From: Thermoflexus hugenholtzii JAD2
Lineage (GTDB): Bacteria; Chloroflexota; Dehalococcoidia; UBA2979
Length of the DNA: 64,000 bases
Direction of reading: 5' to 3'
Assembly: GCA_945903275.1 (NCBI GenBank)
Contig: CAMDNW010000008.1
Coordinates: 5,895-69,894 of the forward strand
Part shown: positions 9,699 through 19,866 of the stretch, in pieces
Layout of the letters: every line of letters starts with the position of its first letter
Numbering within the stretch: position 1 is the first letter of the stretch
Program-made: the position numbers and the translations under genes
The notes under the pieces: model-generated
Told to the model about the DNA's origin: nothing
Seen by the model: the letters and a program-made list of their open reading frames with translations, nothing else
The model's database searches: none

Positions 9699-11135
9699 TT
9701 ACCCCCCGCGCTCGTGGCGGTTAGTCCAGTAGCGCTCCACGCGGTTGAAAGCGTGGGCGGCGCGCTCGAAGGACGGGTAGACGGGGTAGCCACGCTTGAT
9801 CAGCGCCGACCGCGTCTCGTTGTATGTCTCGGCGTTGGTACCGGGGTGGACGACCATCAACAGGGGCTTCTTCCACGAGCCGTCGCGCCACGCGTCGATG
9901 GTGTCGAGCATGCGTGTCTGGCGCTCGGGGTCGCGGTTCGGCCCGCCGCCCGCGCCCAGTTCGTAGATCGCGGCGTCGAGGTTTCCGTCGGCGCTGAGGA
10001 TGTCGAGAATCTTCTGGAGGTTGCTCTCCTGGCCGCGTACTGAGTTGCCGCCGATGGTGCCGCCCATATCGAACGGGTTGAAGTACGAGCCGCCGATGGT
10101 GTTGAAGAAGCCCTTCAGCGATTCGTAGGACTCAGCGCTCAGACGGGGCATGTTAAGGCCGGCACGGCCTGCCGAGTCGGAGATGGCGACAGACTGGCCA
10201 CCACTGCCGGCGAGCAGCGCCATGCGCCGTCCCGAAGGCGGCGGGATCCGCACCAGCGCGGCCAGCGTGTCGATGAGTTCGTCGCGACTGACAACCGGGA
10301 TGGCGCCGGCCTGCCGCACCATTGCCTCCCAGAGGGCTGTCGGGGTGGCGAGCGAGGTGGTGTGCGTGCGGGCAGCGCTGGCGCCGTTCTCGGTGGTGCC
10401 GCCCTTAAAGATCACGACTGGCTTGACCTTGGTGACCTCGCGCAGTTTGTCGAAGAAGCGGCGGCCATCACGCGGGCCTTCGATGTAGATGGCGATGTAC
10501 TTCGTGTCCGGGTCGTCGGCGAGGTACTCGATGTAATCCGCCTCGTTGAGGATCGCCGCGTTGCCCATCGAGATGGTGCGCGTGACCTCGAGGCCCACAT
10601 ATTGCGCCTCATTGGTGATGCCGCCGGCGTGTGAGCCGGACTGCGACATCACGCCGATATTGCCACCCTCGGCGTGGATCATCTCCGCGCCAAAGCGGAT
10701 GCCGAGGCGGCGGTTATAGATGCCCATGCAGTTGGGGCCGACGATCGGCATGCCGACCTCGTTGGCCATCTGCACAATCTGATCCTGTAACTGGATGCCG
10801 AGTTCTTCCTGTGTCTCCGCGAACCCGGCGGTGTACATGGCGATCCCGCCAATGTTGCGGGCGACGGCGTCCTTCACGATGCGCGGAACGACCTGACGCG
10901 GCACTGCGCAGATCAGGAGATCGATCTCACCGGGAATCTCCGCAAGGCTCTTGAAGTTACGGAACCCGAGCTCCTCAATACCTTTAATCTCATTCTCATC
11001 GACCTGCACTGAATAGAGTTCGCCAGGGAACTCTTTCTGGTTTGTCAACCACTGATAGTTCGGCCCTTTGTCCCCGACGACGACGATCGTCTTCGGGTTG
11101 AGGACGCGGTGCAGACGCTGCTGGTCAACAGGCAT
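9699..11135 (-). CDS. ADP-forming acyl/acetyl-CoA synthetase, alpha subunit (CoA-binding + CoA-ligase domains)
   Basis: KTIVVVGDK, VGPNCMGIYN and GVMSQSGSHAGG match the succinyl-CoA-synthetase-alpha-like NDP-forming acyl-CoA synthetase pattern. Confidence 0.85.
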   Translation of the reverse strand: MPVDQQRLHRVLNPKTIVVVGDKGPNYQWLTNQKEFPGELYSVQVDENEIKGIEELGFRNFKSLAEIPGEIDLLICAVPRQVVPRIVKDAVARNIGGIAMYTAGFAETQEELGIQLQDQIVQMANEVGMPIVGPNCMGIYNRRLGIRFGAEMIHAEGGNIGVMSQSGSHAGGITNEAQYVGLEVTRTISMGNAAILNEADYIEYLADDPDTKYIAIYIEGPRDGRRFFDKLREVTKVKPVVIFKGGTTENGASAARTHTTSLATPTALWEAMVRQAGAIPVVSRDELIDTLAALVRIPPPSGRRMALLAGSGGQSVAISDSAGRAGLNMPRLSAESYESLKGFFNTIGGSYFNPFDMGGTIGGNSVRGQESNLQKILDILSADGNLDAAIYELGAGGGPNRDPERQTRMLDTIDAWRDGSWKKPLLMVVHPGTNAETYNETRSALIKRGYPVYPSFERAAHAFNRVERYWTNRHERGG

Positions 11136-11173
11136 CGGGAGTTCCTTCCGGCTCGGCTCGCTCGGTACCGTTA

Positions 11174-11869
11174 CTAGGATACGGGGGCGAGGACGACGCG
11201 GGCATCGACACCCAGCGCGCCATCGGGATAGGCGAAAACCGGGTTCAGGTCGATCTCCTGTACCTCGGGATGCGCGGCAGCGAATTCGGAGACCTTCAGC
11301 ACGAAAGATTCGAGCGCCGCAATATCGGCGCCGGGACGTCCGCGGACGCCTTCGAGCACCGGGTAGCCTTTGATCTCGCGCACCAGTTGCTTCGCGTCGC
11401 GCGGCTCCAGCGGCACGATGCGGAACGCAACGTCCTTGAGCACCTCGACCATGATGCCGCCGAGACCGAACATCATCACAGGGCCGAACTGCGGGTCGGT
11501 AGTCATACCGACGATCACCTCGATGCCCTGCTTCGCCATCGGTTGCACCGAGACACCATCGACCTTCGCACCGGGGGAGGCCTGCTTGACGCTGGCCATG
11601 ATGCGGTCATACGCGGCGTGCACTGCCGCCGCGTCCGCGAGGCCGAGTTCGACACCGCCGACATCGGACTTATGCGAGATGTCCCCGGACAGCACTTTCA
11701 GCACCACCGGGAAGCCGATCTCCGCGGCGACCTTCGCCGCTTCGTCAGCTGAGGTGGCCAGGCGCGTCGGGGTCACCGGGATCCCGACCGAGGCCAGCAG
11801 TTCCTTCGATTCCACTTCGGTCAGGAGCGTCCGCCCAGCGGCGCGCGCCGCAGCAATGGGGTCTGGCAT
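11174..11869 (-). CDS. ADP-forming acyl/acetyl-CoA synthetase, beta subunit (ATP-grasp)
   Basis: LTEVESKELLASVGIPVTPTRLATSADEAAKVAAEIGFPVVLKVLSGDISHKSDVGGVELGL. Start taken at the ATG at 11869, which is preceded by GGAAGGAAG. Confidence 0.85.
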   Translation of the reverse strand: MPDPIAAARAAGRTLLTEVESKELLASVGIPVTPTRLATSADEAAKVAAEIGFPVVLKVLSGDISHKSDVGGVELGLADAAAVHAAYDRIMASVKQASPGAKVDGVSVQPMAKQGIEVIVGMTTDPQFGPVMMFGLGGIMVEVLKDVAFRIVPLEPRDAKQLVREIKGYPVLEGVRGRPGADIAALESFVLKVSEFAAAHPEVQEIDLNPVFAYPDGALGVDARVVLAPVS

Positions 11870-12075
11870 GGCACTTCCTTCCAGCCCGAATCGTGCGCCT
11901 GCTCCCGTCCGGGCACAGGGCGGCGCAATCATAGTCGCGCGTCATAACCCTCGCAACGCACGTAATGGCAACGTAAGGCAGGCACCAAGGCGGTCCCGGT
12001 GTGCCCGCACCAGCCTCCCGCGTTAGGATTGCGCCAGATGCATGAGCGGGCCGACACACGCACTGGGACCCCTGA

Positions 12076-13794
12076 ATGATCCGGAGTGGGTTTGCAACCG
12101 TGCACATGCACTGGCCGCTGCTGCCGGTGATCGCGGCCTTCGCCGCCGCAGCCTGCTGCATCGTCCCCGTGCTTGCGGCGGTGGCGATCAGCGACGATTG
12201 GGTCTACACGCGCTCAGTCGAGGTGCTGGCCAGCGAAGGACGTCTCTGGATCTCGCCGATCGCCACGGCGCACCTCGTGTTCCAAGTGCTGTGGGCGGGG
12301 CTATTCGCCGCAGTGCTCACTCCCGCATTCGACATCCTGGGTGTCGTGCGGCTCTCGATAGTGGCGCTCTGGGGTCTCAGCGGCATCGCCCTCTACGGCC
12401 TTACGTGGGAACTGACGCATCACCGGGCGCTGAGCGCACTGGCCGCCACCGCATATCTCTTCAACCCGCTCGGTTACGTGCTCGCTTTCACGTTCATGAC
12501 CGACGCGCCGTTCACCGCGGTCTTCGTGATCGCGGCGTACTGCTTCGTGCGCGGGCTGCGAGGCGAGCCGCAAGCCTCGTGGATCGTCGCAGGCGCGGTG
12601 GCTTCGGCAGCAGGTGTCCTGATCCGGCAGCCGGGGCTGCTTATCCCGGCCGGCGTGCTCACCGCGCTGCTGGTATCGGGGCGCCTCGGGGTCAACCGCG
12701 CGAGCGTACGCTTCGTCATCGATGCTGCCGCGCTCCCGCTGCTCACATACGCCGTGTATTACGTGTGGCTGACGCAGATCAACGGCGTGCCCGTCACACA
12801 GACCTTGATGCGGGACCAACTGCTCGAAGGCGGCTGGACAGGCTTCGTCCGCCACGCCCAGCAACTTGCCGTCATCGAGGTCACGTACGCGGGATTGTTC
12901 GTACTGCCGATCGCCCTCGCCGCGCTACCTGCGGCACGAGGCATGTTCCGGTCGCTGTCGTGGCTTGGCCGCGCCGGAGTTGGCCTGTGGATGCTGCTGG
13001 TCGCATCGGGTACAGGGTGGATCATCATGACCGGGCATCGCATGCCGCAGATTCCGCACTTCCTATCGCGCGCGGGCCTCGGCCCCAACGACCTGATTGT
13101 TGCCCGCGCGCCAGTCACAAACTTGTCAGTGCTCTGGGCGATCACGGCGCTCTGCATCCTCGCTGCGCTGATCGGAGGCGTGCTGCTGATCCGTGCGCTC
13201 ACCGCCCGCGATACCGACCGCCGAGGCATCACAGTCGTCCTCAGTTTGCTCGCCTATCAGGTCGTCGGGGTATTTGTCGTCTCGGTGCATTTCCGCTTCT
13301 GGGTGATCGACAGCCTCAGCGCGCCGAGCCTCGACCGCTACTTGCTGCCGATCATGCCGCTGACGATCGTCGCGGTGGCCTGGGCGCTGCGAGACGCACG
13401 CACCTCGCTACCGCTCGGCTGGGCGGCCGTGCTGCTGCTGGGAGCGTTCGCCGTCGTTGGCACCCGCGACAACATCGCGTTCCACGAGGCGCAATGGAGT
13501 CTGGCGCGCGCCGCCAACGGGGCGGGCATCGGCAACCTACACCTCGATGCAGGGGCCTCTTGGGACGGATACTACGTAGGTGAATACTCATATGAGGTAG
13601 TCGGGCTACCAAGGCCGCAGAATCGCCCATGGTGGCTGCAATTGTTCGCACCGGCAATCGACCCGCACTACACCATTGCGATGCAGCCGGTACCGGGCAA
13701 TACCGTTGTGATGGAGCAGTCTGCGAGACTCTGGCTCGATCCGGACGCGCGGCTCTATCTGCTGCGGCGCGGTGACATACCCGGCCCGCCCTAG
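12076..13794 (+). CDS. polytopic GT-C-type glycosyltransferase (ArnT/PMT-like)
   Basis: 572 aa with many hydrophobic spans and an early acidic loop motif (ISDDWVYTRS), as in ArnT/PMT-family enzymes. Followed by GtrA-like and methyltransferase genes. Confidence 0.65.
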   Translation: MIRSGFATVHMHWPLLPVIAAFAAAACCIVPVLAAVAISDDWVYTRSVEVLASEGRLWISPIATAHLVFQVLWAGLFAAVLTPAFDILGVVRLSIVALWGLSGIALYGLTWELTHHRALSALAATAYLFNPLGYVLAFTFMTDAPFTAVFVIAAYCFVRGLRGEPQASWIVAGAVASAAGVLIRQPGLLIPAGVLTALLVSGRLGVNRASVRFVIDAAALPLLTYAVYYVWLTQINGVPVTQTLMRDQLLEGGWTGFVRHAQQLAVIEVTYAGLFVLPIALAALPAARGMFRSLSWLGRAGVGLWMLLVASGTGWIIMTGHRMPQIPHFLSRAGLGPNDLIVARAPVTNLSVLWAITALCILAALIGGVLLIRALTARDTDRRGITVVLSLLAYQVVGVFVVSVHFRFWVIDSLSAPSLDRYLLPIMPLTIVAVAWALRDARTSLPLGWAAVLLLGAFAVVGTRDNIAFHEAQWSLARAANGAGIGNLHLDAGASWDGYYVGEYSYEVVGLPRPQNRPWWLQLFAPAIDPHYTIAMQPVPGNTVVMEQSARLWLDPDARLYLLRRGDIPGPP

Positions 13795-13851
13795 GTCAGC
13801 CCCAGACGACCGCCCTTCTGCTAGGCGCGCCCCCCGGCATACGATGGCTAC

Positions 13852-14334
13852 ATGCTTACCTTGCTCCAGCGGCTCCGATCCCGGTCACTGGGCCGATTCG
13901 CGGCTGTCGGCATTGTTGCCGCATGCATCGACTTCACGAGTTTCAACGTCGTGCTGCTAGCGCTCGGCCCGTCGAAGGCGAATGTGATTCTGGCGAACAC
14001 TATCGCGTTCACGCTGGCGACGAGCGTCTCGTTCATAATAAACGCCCGCTACACCTTCGGCGCCGCGCGCACGCGCCGCTCGTTCACACGTTATGTTGTA
14101 ATCGCGATCGTGGCTGTCCTCATCTACAACGCGACGCTGCTACTGCTGCTCACCCGCGTTGACCACAGTGACATACTGCTCACGAACCTAGCGAAGGTCA
14201 TCGCAGTCGGACCGTCGGCGACTTGGAACTTCCTCGGTTTCGCACTGTTCGCCTTCGGCGACCGCACCGCCGCCGCGCCGGTCGCGACCATCGAGGCTGC
14301 CCCGTCGGCCCCCGCCGGGCCTCGGACGCACTGA
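13852..14334 (+). CDS. GtrA-family membrane protein
   Basis: FAAVGIVAACIDFTSFNVVLLALG...ANTIAFTLATSVSFIINARYTFG is the typical GtrA-like four-helix pattern. Confidence 0.8.
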   Translation: MLTLLQRLRSRSLGRFAAVGIVAACIDFTSFNVVLLALGPSKANVILANTIAFTLATSVSFIINARYTFGAARTRRSFTRYVVIAIVAVLIYNATLLLLLTRVDHSDILLTNLAKVIAVGPSATWNFLGFALFAFGDRTAAAPVATIEAAPSAPAGPRTH

Positions 14335-14340
14335 GGCACG

Positions 14341-15090
14341 ATGGACGCCACAGAGATCGCACGACTGGCCGACTACGAAGACTGGTACTGGTGGCACCGT
14401 GCCCGCCGCACCATCATCCACCAGTTGCTGCGGCACGCCGTCACCGGTAGCGACTACCTGATCCTCGATGTCGGCGGCGGCACCGGCGCGACCTCGATCT
14501 CACTGCGCCAGTTCGGGCGCGTGATTGCCACCGACCTCAGCCCGGAAGCCACGGTGATCGCGCGCGGGCGCGGCCTTGAGGCGGCCCGCATGGACGCGGG
14601 CAACCTAGCCGTCGCCAGTCAGTCGATCGACATCGTGGTGGTGCTCGATGTCATCGAGCACCTCGAAGACGAACGCGCGCTGGTGCGCGAGTTGATGCGC
14701 GTGCTGAAGCCGGGCGGCGTATTGCTGGCGACGGTGCCCGCGTACAAGTGGCTGTGGAGCAGCCACGACGTCGCGAATCAGCACTTCCGCCGCTACCGCC
14801 GCCGAGAACTCGCGCGCCTACTGCGCACCGGCGGCTTCGATGTCGAGGTCTGCTCGTACGTGATGATGAGCATGTTGTTCCCTGCCGCTGCCTACCGGCT
14901 GCTGGAACGGCTCCCCGGCCGGCGGGTCACGGAGGCCGATGCCGAAGTCCATTTCACGCAGGTGCCGCCGCTGCTCAACTCGATCCTCGCGCACGTCGCC
15001 TCGTGGGGCGGACACCTCGCGGGACGCGTCTGGCTGCCGTTCGGGTTGAGTATCGCCGCCGTGGCGCGGCGGCCGGAGAAGCCCTCGTGA
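14341..15090 (+). CDS. class I SAM-dependent methyltransferase
   Basis: ILDVGGGTGATS (motif I), DIVVVLDVIEHLED and VLKPGGVLLATVP. Confidence 0.85.
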   Translation: MDATEIARLADYEDWYWWHRARRTIIHQLLRHAVTGSDYLILDVGGGTGATSISLRQFGRVIATDLSPEATVIARGRGLEAARMDAGNLAVASQSIDIVVVLDVIEHLEDERALVRELMRVLKPGGVLLATVPAYKWLWSSHDVANQHFRRYRRRELARLLRTGGFDVEVCSYVMMSMLFPAAAYRLLERLPGRRVTEADAEVHFTQVPPLLNSILAHVASWGGHLAGRVWLPFGLSIAAVARRPEKPS

Positions 15091-15707
15091 CTTCCGAGGT
15101 GACCTCAGGCGTAACGCCTACCTTCCCAGTGCTGATCGTCGGCTTCGGCAACCCGGGCAACGAGTACGCCTCGACGCGCCACAACGTGGGTATCTGGTGC
15201 ATCCGCGCGCTCGGGCAGCGCTATCGCGCTCAGTTCGAGCGCACCGGCAAGATGGAGAACGCCCATGCCGACATCGAGGGCCGTGAGGTACACCTCGCGC
15301 GGCCACGCACCTACGTGAACGAGAGCGGCCCGCCGATTGCGGCGGAGATCCGCCGGCTGAAACTGGCACCGTCGCAGTTGCTGGTGATCTACGACGAACT
15401 CGACCTACCAGTGGGGCAAGTACGCATCCGCTTGCAGGGCGGGCACGGCGGCCACAATGGGATGCGCTCGCTGGTCGGGGTGATCGGCAACGACTTCCCG
15501 CGTATCCGTGTCGGCATCGACCGTCCCTATGACGACGGCAAACCGGTGCGTAGCCCCGACCGGATCGCGGACTGGGTGCTGAACCGGCCATCGGGAGTTG
15601 AACGCGAGCGCATCGAAGCCGCCGTGGAGCAGGCCGCCGACGCCGTGGTGCTGGCAGTGACATCAGGCGTGGAACTGGCGATGAGCCGCTTCAACCCAGC
15701 CAGTTAG
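15087..15707 (+). CDS. pth: peptidyl-tRNA hydrolase
   Basis: LIVGFGNPGNEYASTRHNVG...GGHNGMRS. The start is uncertain: GTG at 15087 (GTGA overlap with the methyltransferase stop) or the in-frame GTG at 15129, which gives the canonical MLIVGFGNPG N-terminus. Confidence 0.88.
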   Translation: MTSEVTSGVTPTFPVLIVGFGNPGNEYASTRHNVGIWCIRALGQRYRAQFERTGKMENAHADIEGREVHLARPRTYVNESGPPIAAEIRRLKLAPSQLLVIYDELDLPVGQVRIRLQGGHGGHNGMRSLVGVIGNDFPRIRVGIDRPYDDGKPVRSPDRIADWVLNRPSGVERERIEAAVEQAADAVVLAVTSGVELAMSRFNPAS

Positions 15708-16228
15708 CGACCGAGGTACGTTTCGCGGTCGAACGGCGGCGCGTGCCGTGCCGCGAGGCCAAGGAGCGTGGTGGCCGCCTCGGTGGCGCGGGCGACGAGG
15801 TCCGGCGGGTACGCGAACCTCGTGATGTGTGCGACGAACTCGTCCTCGTCGACGATCTGCGGACTGCCGTCGGTCACGATCACATCGAGATCGAGATCCA
15901 CCCAGCGCAGCGTCTCACCGTCGAACTCGGCGGGCGTCGAGATGTTCGCGTACGAAAGCATGGCCGTACCGGAGCGGCCTCGCCACGCCTCGTGGTTGTG
16001 CTCCACATTCCACCAGCAATCGGCACCCGGCCAGTAGAGCGCCGTGAAGGTGACGCGCGACGGGTAGTCGCCGCGGTAGGAGCGGATGAGTGTGCCCCGG
16101 GGCACTAGCAACCGCATCGGCGCGCCGGAAGCGGGATCGCCTGCGTCGAGCAGCTCCGCCATGTAGTCGTTATGCGGCGAGCCGTCGTACTTGGTCGAGA
16201 GGATGCGGACGGAGCACGTGGTAGTCAC
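15704..16228 (-). CDS. DUF402-family protein (Ntdp/FomD-like nucleotide phosphatase fold)
   Basis: ILSTKYDGSPHNDY...ALYWPGADCWWNVEHN...WVDLDLDVIV resembles DUF402 proteins as I remember them. Confidence 0.7.
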   Translation of the reverse strand: MTTTCSVRILSTKYDGSPHNDYMAELLDAGDPASGAPMRLLVPRGTLIRSYRGDYPSRVTFTALYWPGADCWWNVEHNHEAWRGRSGTAMLSYANISTPAEFDGETLRWVDLDLDVIVTDGSPQIVDEDEFVAHITRFAYPPDLVARATEAATTLLGLAARHAPPFDRETYLGR

Positions 16229-16362
16229 ATATCCTCCTGCACCACCATACGAAAGGCCGCCGCCTCCGTGCGAGGCGATCTACACTGCATTGCACGATTT
16301 CTAGGGCCATCCCAACCGGGACGGCCCTGTTTTGGCGTGCGCCACCACGAAAGGTAGACTAC

Positions 16363-19300
16363 GTGCCGATCGACCTGAATGGGTTGCTGGTTGACCTCGC
16401 AGCGGTGGCCCCGCTGCGCGATCTCTACGCACGCCTCGATGCTGGGGGGCGTGTCACTGTCGGCACCATTGACGCCGGCAAGCCCGCCACGGCCGCGCTG
16501 CTCTGGCGGCACGTGCGCGCCCCATTGCTACTGGTCGTGCCTCGCGAGACGGACGCCGAGGCGATGCTGGATCAGATCCGTGGCTGGGCGCCAGACGACG
16601 CGGTGCTCTTCCCTTCGCGCGGGACGCTCCCATACGCCCGTGAAGCGCCGCGTCCCGAGGTCACCGCCACACGACTCGCGGTATTGTCGCGGCTGGCCCA
16701 CGCCTCCAGCGGTGGCCGCCCACCACTCGTCGTCGCTTCGGTCGCGGCGCTGGGCGAGCACACGCTCGCGCCCGCCGACCTCGGCCGCGGTCTGGGGACG
16801 ATCGAGGTTGGCCAGCGGCTTGCGATCGAGACACTCGCGCTGCGCCTCGTAGAAGCAGGCTACACCGTCGGGCCGCTCGTGCAGGAGGCGGGTGAGGCCG
16901 CACGGCGCGGCGGGCTGCTGGATGTCTTCCCGCCCGACCGGGCAACGCCGGTACGCATCGAGTGGTTCGGCGACACCGTCGATTCCATCCGCGCGTTCGA
17001 CCCTGAGACGCAACGCACCAGCGAGCGCCTAGAACGCATCGACATCGGCCCAGCGAGTGAGTGGTTCTCGGGGCAGAACGACCGTGTGCTGCTCGCCAGC
17101 CGCCTCCGAGGCGTGCGCGGCGCGCAGGTCGAGGATGAGATGCGCGCCCTTGCCCGCGGGGCGCTGCCGGTACCCTCGCGCTACGGGCCAATGACGGTCT
17201 CAAGCACGTTGCTCGACCACCTGTCCGGCCGCGCCGTACTGCTCCTCGACGAACGCGAGGCCATCGAGGCTGCCGCGCTCGACCACGACGCGCTGGCCGG
17301 CGAGCGGCGCGCGGAACTGGTCACGCACGGCGAACTCACGGCCGATGCTCCGTTGCCGCACGCGAGCCGCGACACTCTGGATGTCGCATTCGACCGGCAC
17401 CGGCCACGCGCCGACTTCGCGCGCTGGGCGACGGGGCGTGAGATCGATGCGTTCCGCCTCCCGTTCGCGCCGCACGACGCTTACGCGGGCCGGCTACCGG
17501 CCGCCGCCAGCGACATCGCCCGCGGCATCATGCGCGGCGACCGCATCGTAATCGTCTCGCAGCAGGCACAGCGCTTCCGGGAGGTACTCGGCGAGCAGGG
17601 CGTCGCGCTGCCGGATGTCGTCGAGGCCGTCCCTGCGCGCCGCCAGTCGGACTCGATAGCACTGTTGCATGGAGCACTCGCCCAAGGTTGGACGTTGCCG
17701 GCGCCGTCCGGCGTGATCGCACTCGTCACCGATCGCGAGCTCTTCGGGTTCGTGAAGCGCCGCCGCACGCTGCGCCGGGCTGCCTCGCAACGCTCGAAGT
17801 TCCTCGCGGAGGTAGTACCGGGCGACTTCGTGGTACACGCTGACCACGGTATCGCACGCTTTTCGGGCATCGTGCGCCGCACGGTGGCCGACGGCGAGCG
17901 CGACTACATGGAGTTGCGCTACGCGGGCGACGACCGCCTCTACGTGCCGATCGAGCAAGTGGACAAGGTCACGCGCTACCTCGCGCCCTCCGACCACATC
18001 CCGAGACTCACCCGGCTCGGCACGCAGGAGTGGACAAACGCACGCAACCGCGTCAAGCAGGCAGTCACCATCGTGGCCGCCGATCTGCTGCGGCTCTACG
18101 CCGCACGCCAGATGCTGCAAGGCCATGCCTTCCGGCCGGATACCCAGTGGCAGCAGGAACTCGAAGCAGCCTTCCCCTACGAGGAGACCGAGGATCAACT
18201 GCGCGCGATTGCCGAGGTGAAGGGCGACATGGAGTCGAAGCGGCCCATGGATCGCTTGATCTGTGGCGACGTGGGTTTCGGCAAGACCGAAGTGGCGCTG
18301 CGGGCAGCATTCAAAGCGGTGATGGACGGAATGCAGGTCGCGGTGCTCGTCCCGACCACTGTGCTGGCGCAGCAGCACCAGCGCACCTTCCGCGAGCGCC
18401 TCGCAGCCTTCCCGACACGCATCGAGGTGCTATCGCGCTTCCGTTCGGATTCTGAGGCGGCCGAGGTGATCGCCGGGCTGCGCTCGGGTGAGGTAGACAT
18501 TGTGATCGGTACACACCAACTGCTGCAGCCGGGGATTGAGTTCGGAAACCTCGGGCTGGTGATCATCGACGAAGAGCAGCGGTTCGGCGTCGCGCATAAA
18601 GAGCGGCTAAAGCGGATGCGGCTCGAAGTAGACGTCCTATCGCTCTCGGCCACGCCGATCCCGCGCACGCTGCATATGTCGCTGACCGGCATCCGCGACA
18701 TGTCGACCATCGACACCGCCCCGGTCGACCGACAGCCGGTACAGACCTACGTCGCGGAGTGGGACGACGCGCTCGCGCGGGAGGCAATCCTGCATGAGAT
18801 CGAACGGGGAGGGCAGACCTACGTCGTCCACAACCGTGTGCACTCCATCGACATCCTCGCGGATCGTATCCGGGCGCTCGTGCCGGAGGCGAAGGTGGTC
18901 GTCGGACACGGGCAGATACCGAAGACCGTGCTCGAACGGGTGATGGAGCGTTTTGGGGAGGGCGAATTCGACGTGCTCGTGTGCACGACAATCATCGAGT
19001 CAGGCATCGACATCCCAAACGTGAATACGCTGATCATCGACCACGCGGACATGTTCGGCCTCTCGCAGTTGTACCAGTTGCGCGGGCGCGTCGGCCGCTC
19101 GGCGCACCAGGCTTTCGCGTACTTGTTCCACTCGCGGGATCGCGTGCTGTCCGAGGTCGCACAACAGCGGCTTTCGACAATCTTCGAGGCCAACGAACTT
19201 GGCGCGGGATTTCAGGTGGCCATGCGCGACCTCGAAATCCGCGGTGCGGGCAATCTGCTGGGATCGGAGCAGTCCGGGCAGATCGCCACGGTGGGCTTCG

Positions 19301-19857
19301 ACCTCTACACGACAATGCTCGCGGACGCTGTCGAATCGATGCGCGAGGTCGCGAACATCCGCACCGAGGCCCATGTGAGCAAACCCTCACCGTTACAGCG
19401 GCCGCACGCTCGCCCGGTCGCGCTCGACCTACCAGCCTCGGCGTTTATCCCGGAGTCGTACATCCCGGAGATCGAGGCCCGCCTTGCTCTCTACCAGCGC
19501 ATCGCCGCGCTCACGAGCATCGAGGAGACCGAGGTCCTGAAGACCGAAACCTCCGACCGCCTCGGGCCGCTACCGGCGACGCTAGAACAACTCTTTGCGC
19601 TGGTGCGCATCCGGCTGGCGGCCACGGCAGCCGAGGTCGCCGCGGTACGCCTCGAAGAGGGCGATGTGGTGCTCACGTCGCGCGACGACCGTGCCTTCGG
19701 ATCGCGGTCGCTGCCAAGCCTGCCACGCGGCGTGCGGGTCGGCCGCACACAGTTGCGTGTGGGCCGTGCCGACCTCGGCGAGCGATGGCTGGAGGCGATC
19801 GAGGCACTGTTGTGGCTGCTGGGGCACGCCCAGACAGGCATGCCCCCAGCGCGGTAG
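16363..19857 (+). CDS. mfd: transcription-repair coupling factor
   Basis: 1164 aa with a CarD-like segment (GDFVVHADHGIARF), the helicase motifs GDVGFGKTEVA and DEEQRFGV, and a C-terminal TRCF domain. Confidence 0.95.
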   Translation: MPIDLNGLLVDLAAVAPLRDLYARLDAGGRVTVGTIDAGKPATAALLWRHVRAPLLLVVPRETDAEAMLDQIRGWAPDDAVLFPSRGTLPYAREAPRPEVTATRLAVLSRLAHASSGGRPPLVVASVAALGEHTLAPADLGRGLGTIEVGQRLAIETLALRLVEAGYTVGPLVQEAGEAARRGGLLDVFPPDRATPVRIEWFGDTVDSIRAFDPETQRTSERLERIDIGPASEWFSGQNDRVLLASRLRGVRGAQVEDEMRALARGALPVPSRYGPMTVSSTLLDHLSGRAVLLLDEREAIEAAALDHDALAGERRAELVTHGELTADAPLPHASRDTLDVAFDRHRPRADFARWATGREIDAFRLPFAPHDAYAGRLPAAASDIARGIMRGDRIVIVSQQAQRFREVLGEQGVALPDVVEAVPARRQSDSIALLHGALAQGWTLPAPSGVIALVTDRELFGFVKRRRTLRRAASQRSKFLAEVVPGDFVVHADHGIARFSGIVRRTVADGERDYMELRYAGDDRLYVPIEQVDKVTRYLAPSDHIPRLTRLGTQEWTNARNRVKQAVTIVAADLLRLYAARQMLQGHAFRPDTQWQQELEAAFPYEETEDQLRAIAEVKGDMESKRPMDRLICGDVGFGKTEVALRAAFKAVMDGMQVAVLVPTTVLAQQHQRTFRERLAAFPTRIEVLSRFRSDSEAAEVIAGLRSGEVDIVIGTHQLLQPGIEFGNLGLVIIDEEQRFGVAHKERLKRMRLEVDVLSLSATPIPRTLHMSLTGIRDMSTIDTAPVDRQPVQTYVAEWDDALAREAILHEIERGGQTYVVHNRVHSIDILADRIRALVPEAKVVVGHGQIPKTVLERVMERFGEGEFDVLVCTTIIESGIDIPNVNTLIIDHADMFGLSQLYQLRGRVGRSAHQAFAYLFHSRDRVLSEVAQQRLSTIFEANELGAGFQVAMRDLEIRGAGNLLGSEQSGQIATVGFDLYTTMLADAVESMREVANIRTEAHVSKPSPLQRPHARPVALDLPASAFIPESYIPEIEARLALYQRIAALTSIEETEVLKTETSDRLGPLPATLEQLFALVRIRLAATAAEVAAVRLEEGDVVLTSRDDRAFGSRSLPSLPRGVRVGRTQLRVGRADLGERWLEAIEALLWLLGHAQTGMPPAR

Positions 19858-19866
19858 TGTGAGGTT

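Noticed and set aside
12042-13583. 513-aa ORF in an alternative + frame
   Set aside because: Extremely Arg/Pro/Ala-rich. It overlaps the hydrophobic GT-C frame, which has coherent TM segments, so it is a frame artefact.
13861-13890. Similarity of cagcggctccgatcccggtcactgg to the tRNA-Ala T-arm region (58631..58656)
   Set aside because: The match is short and needs a gap. It lies inside the well-supported GtrA CDS and is 45 kb from the tRNA. It is most likely chance.
16290-16335. Hairpin GGGCC-N14-GGCCC followed by TGTTTT, upstream of mfd
   Set aside because: Only a 5-bp stem with a large loop, and no upstream co-directional gene to terminate. It probably has no significance.
17494-18378. 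294-aa minus-strand ORF. The same applies to 47705..48604, 57540..58406, 58972..59661, 59237..60082, 61143..62162 and similar ORFs.
   Set aside because: All lie antisense to, or out of frame with, strongly supported genes (mfd, ctaB, tauE, ppx, CHAD). They have low-complexity R/P/A/G composition.
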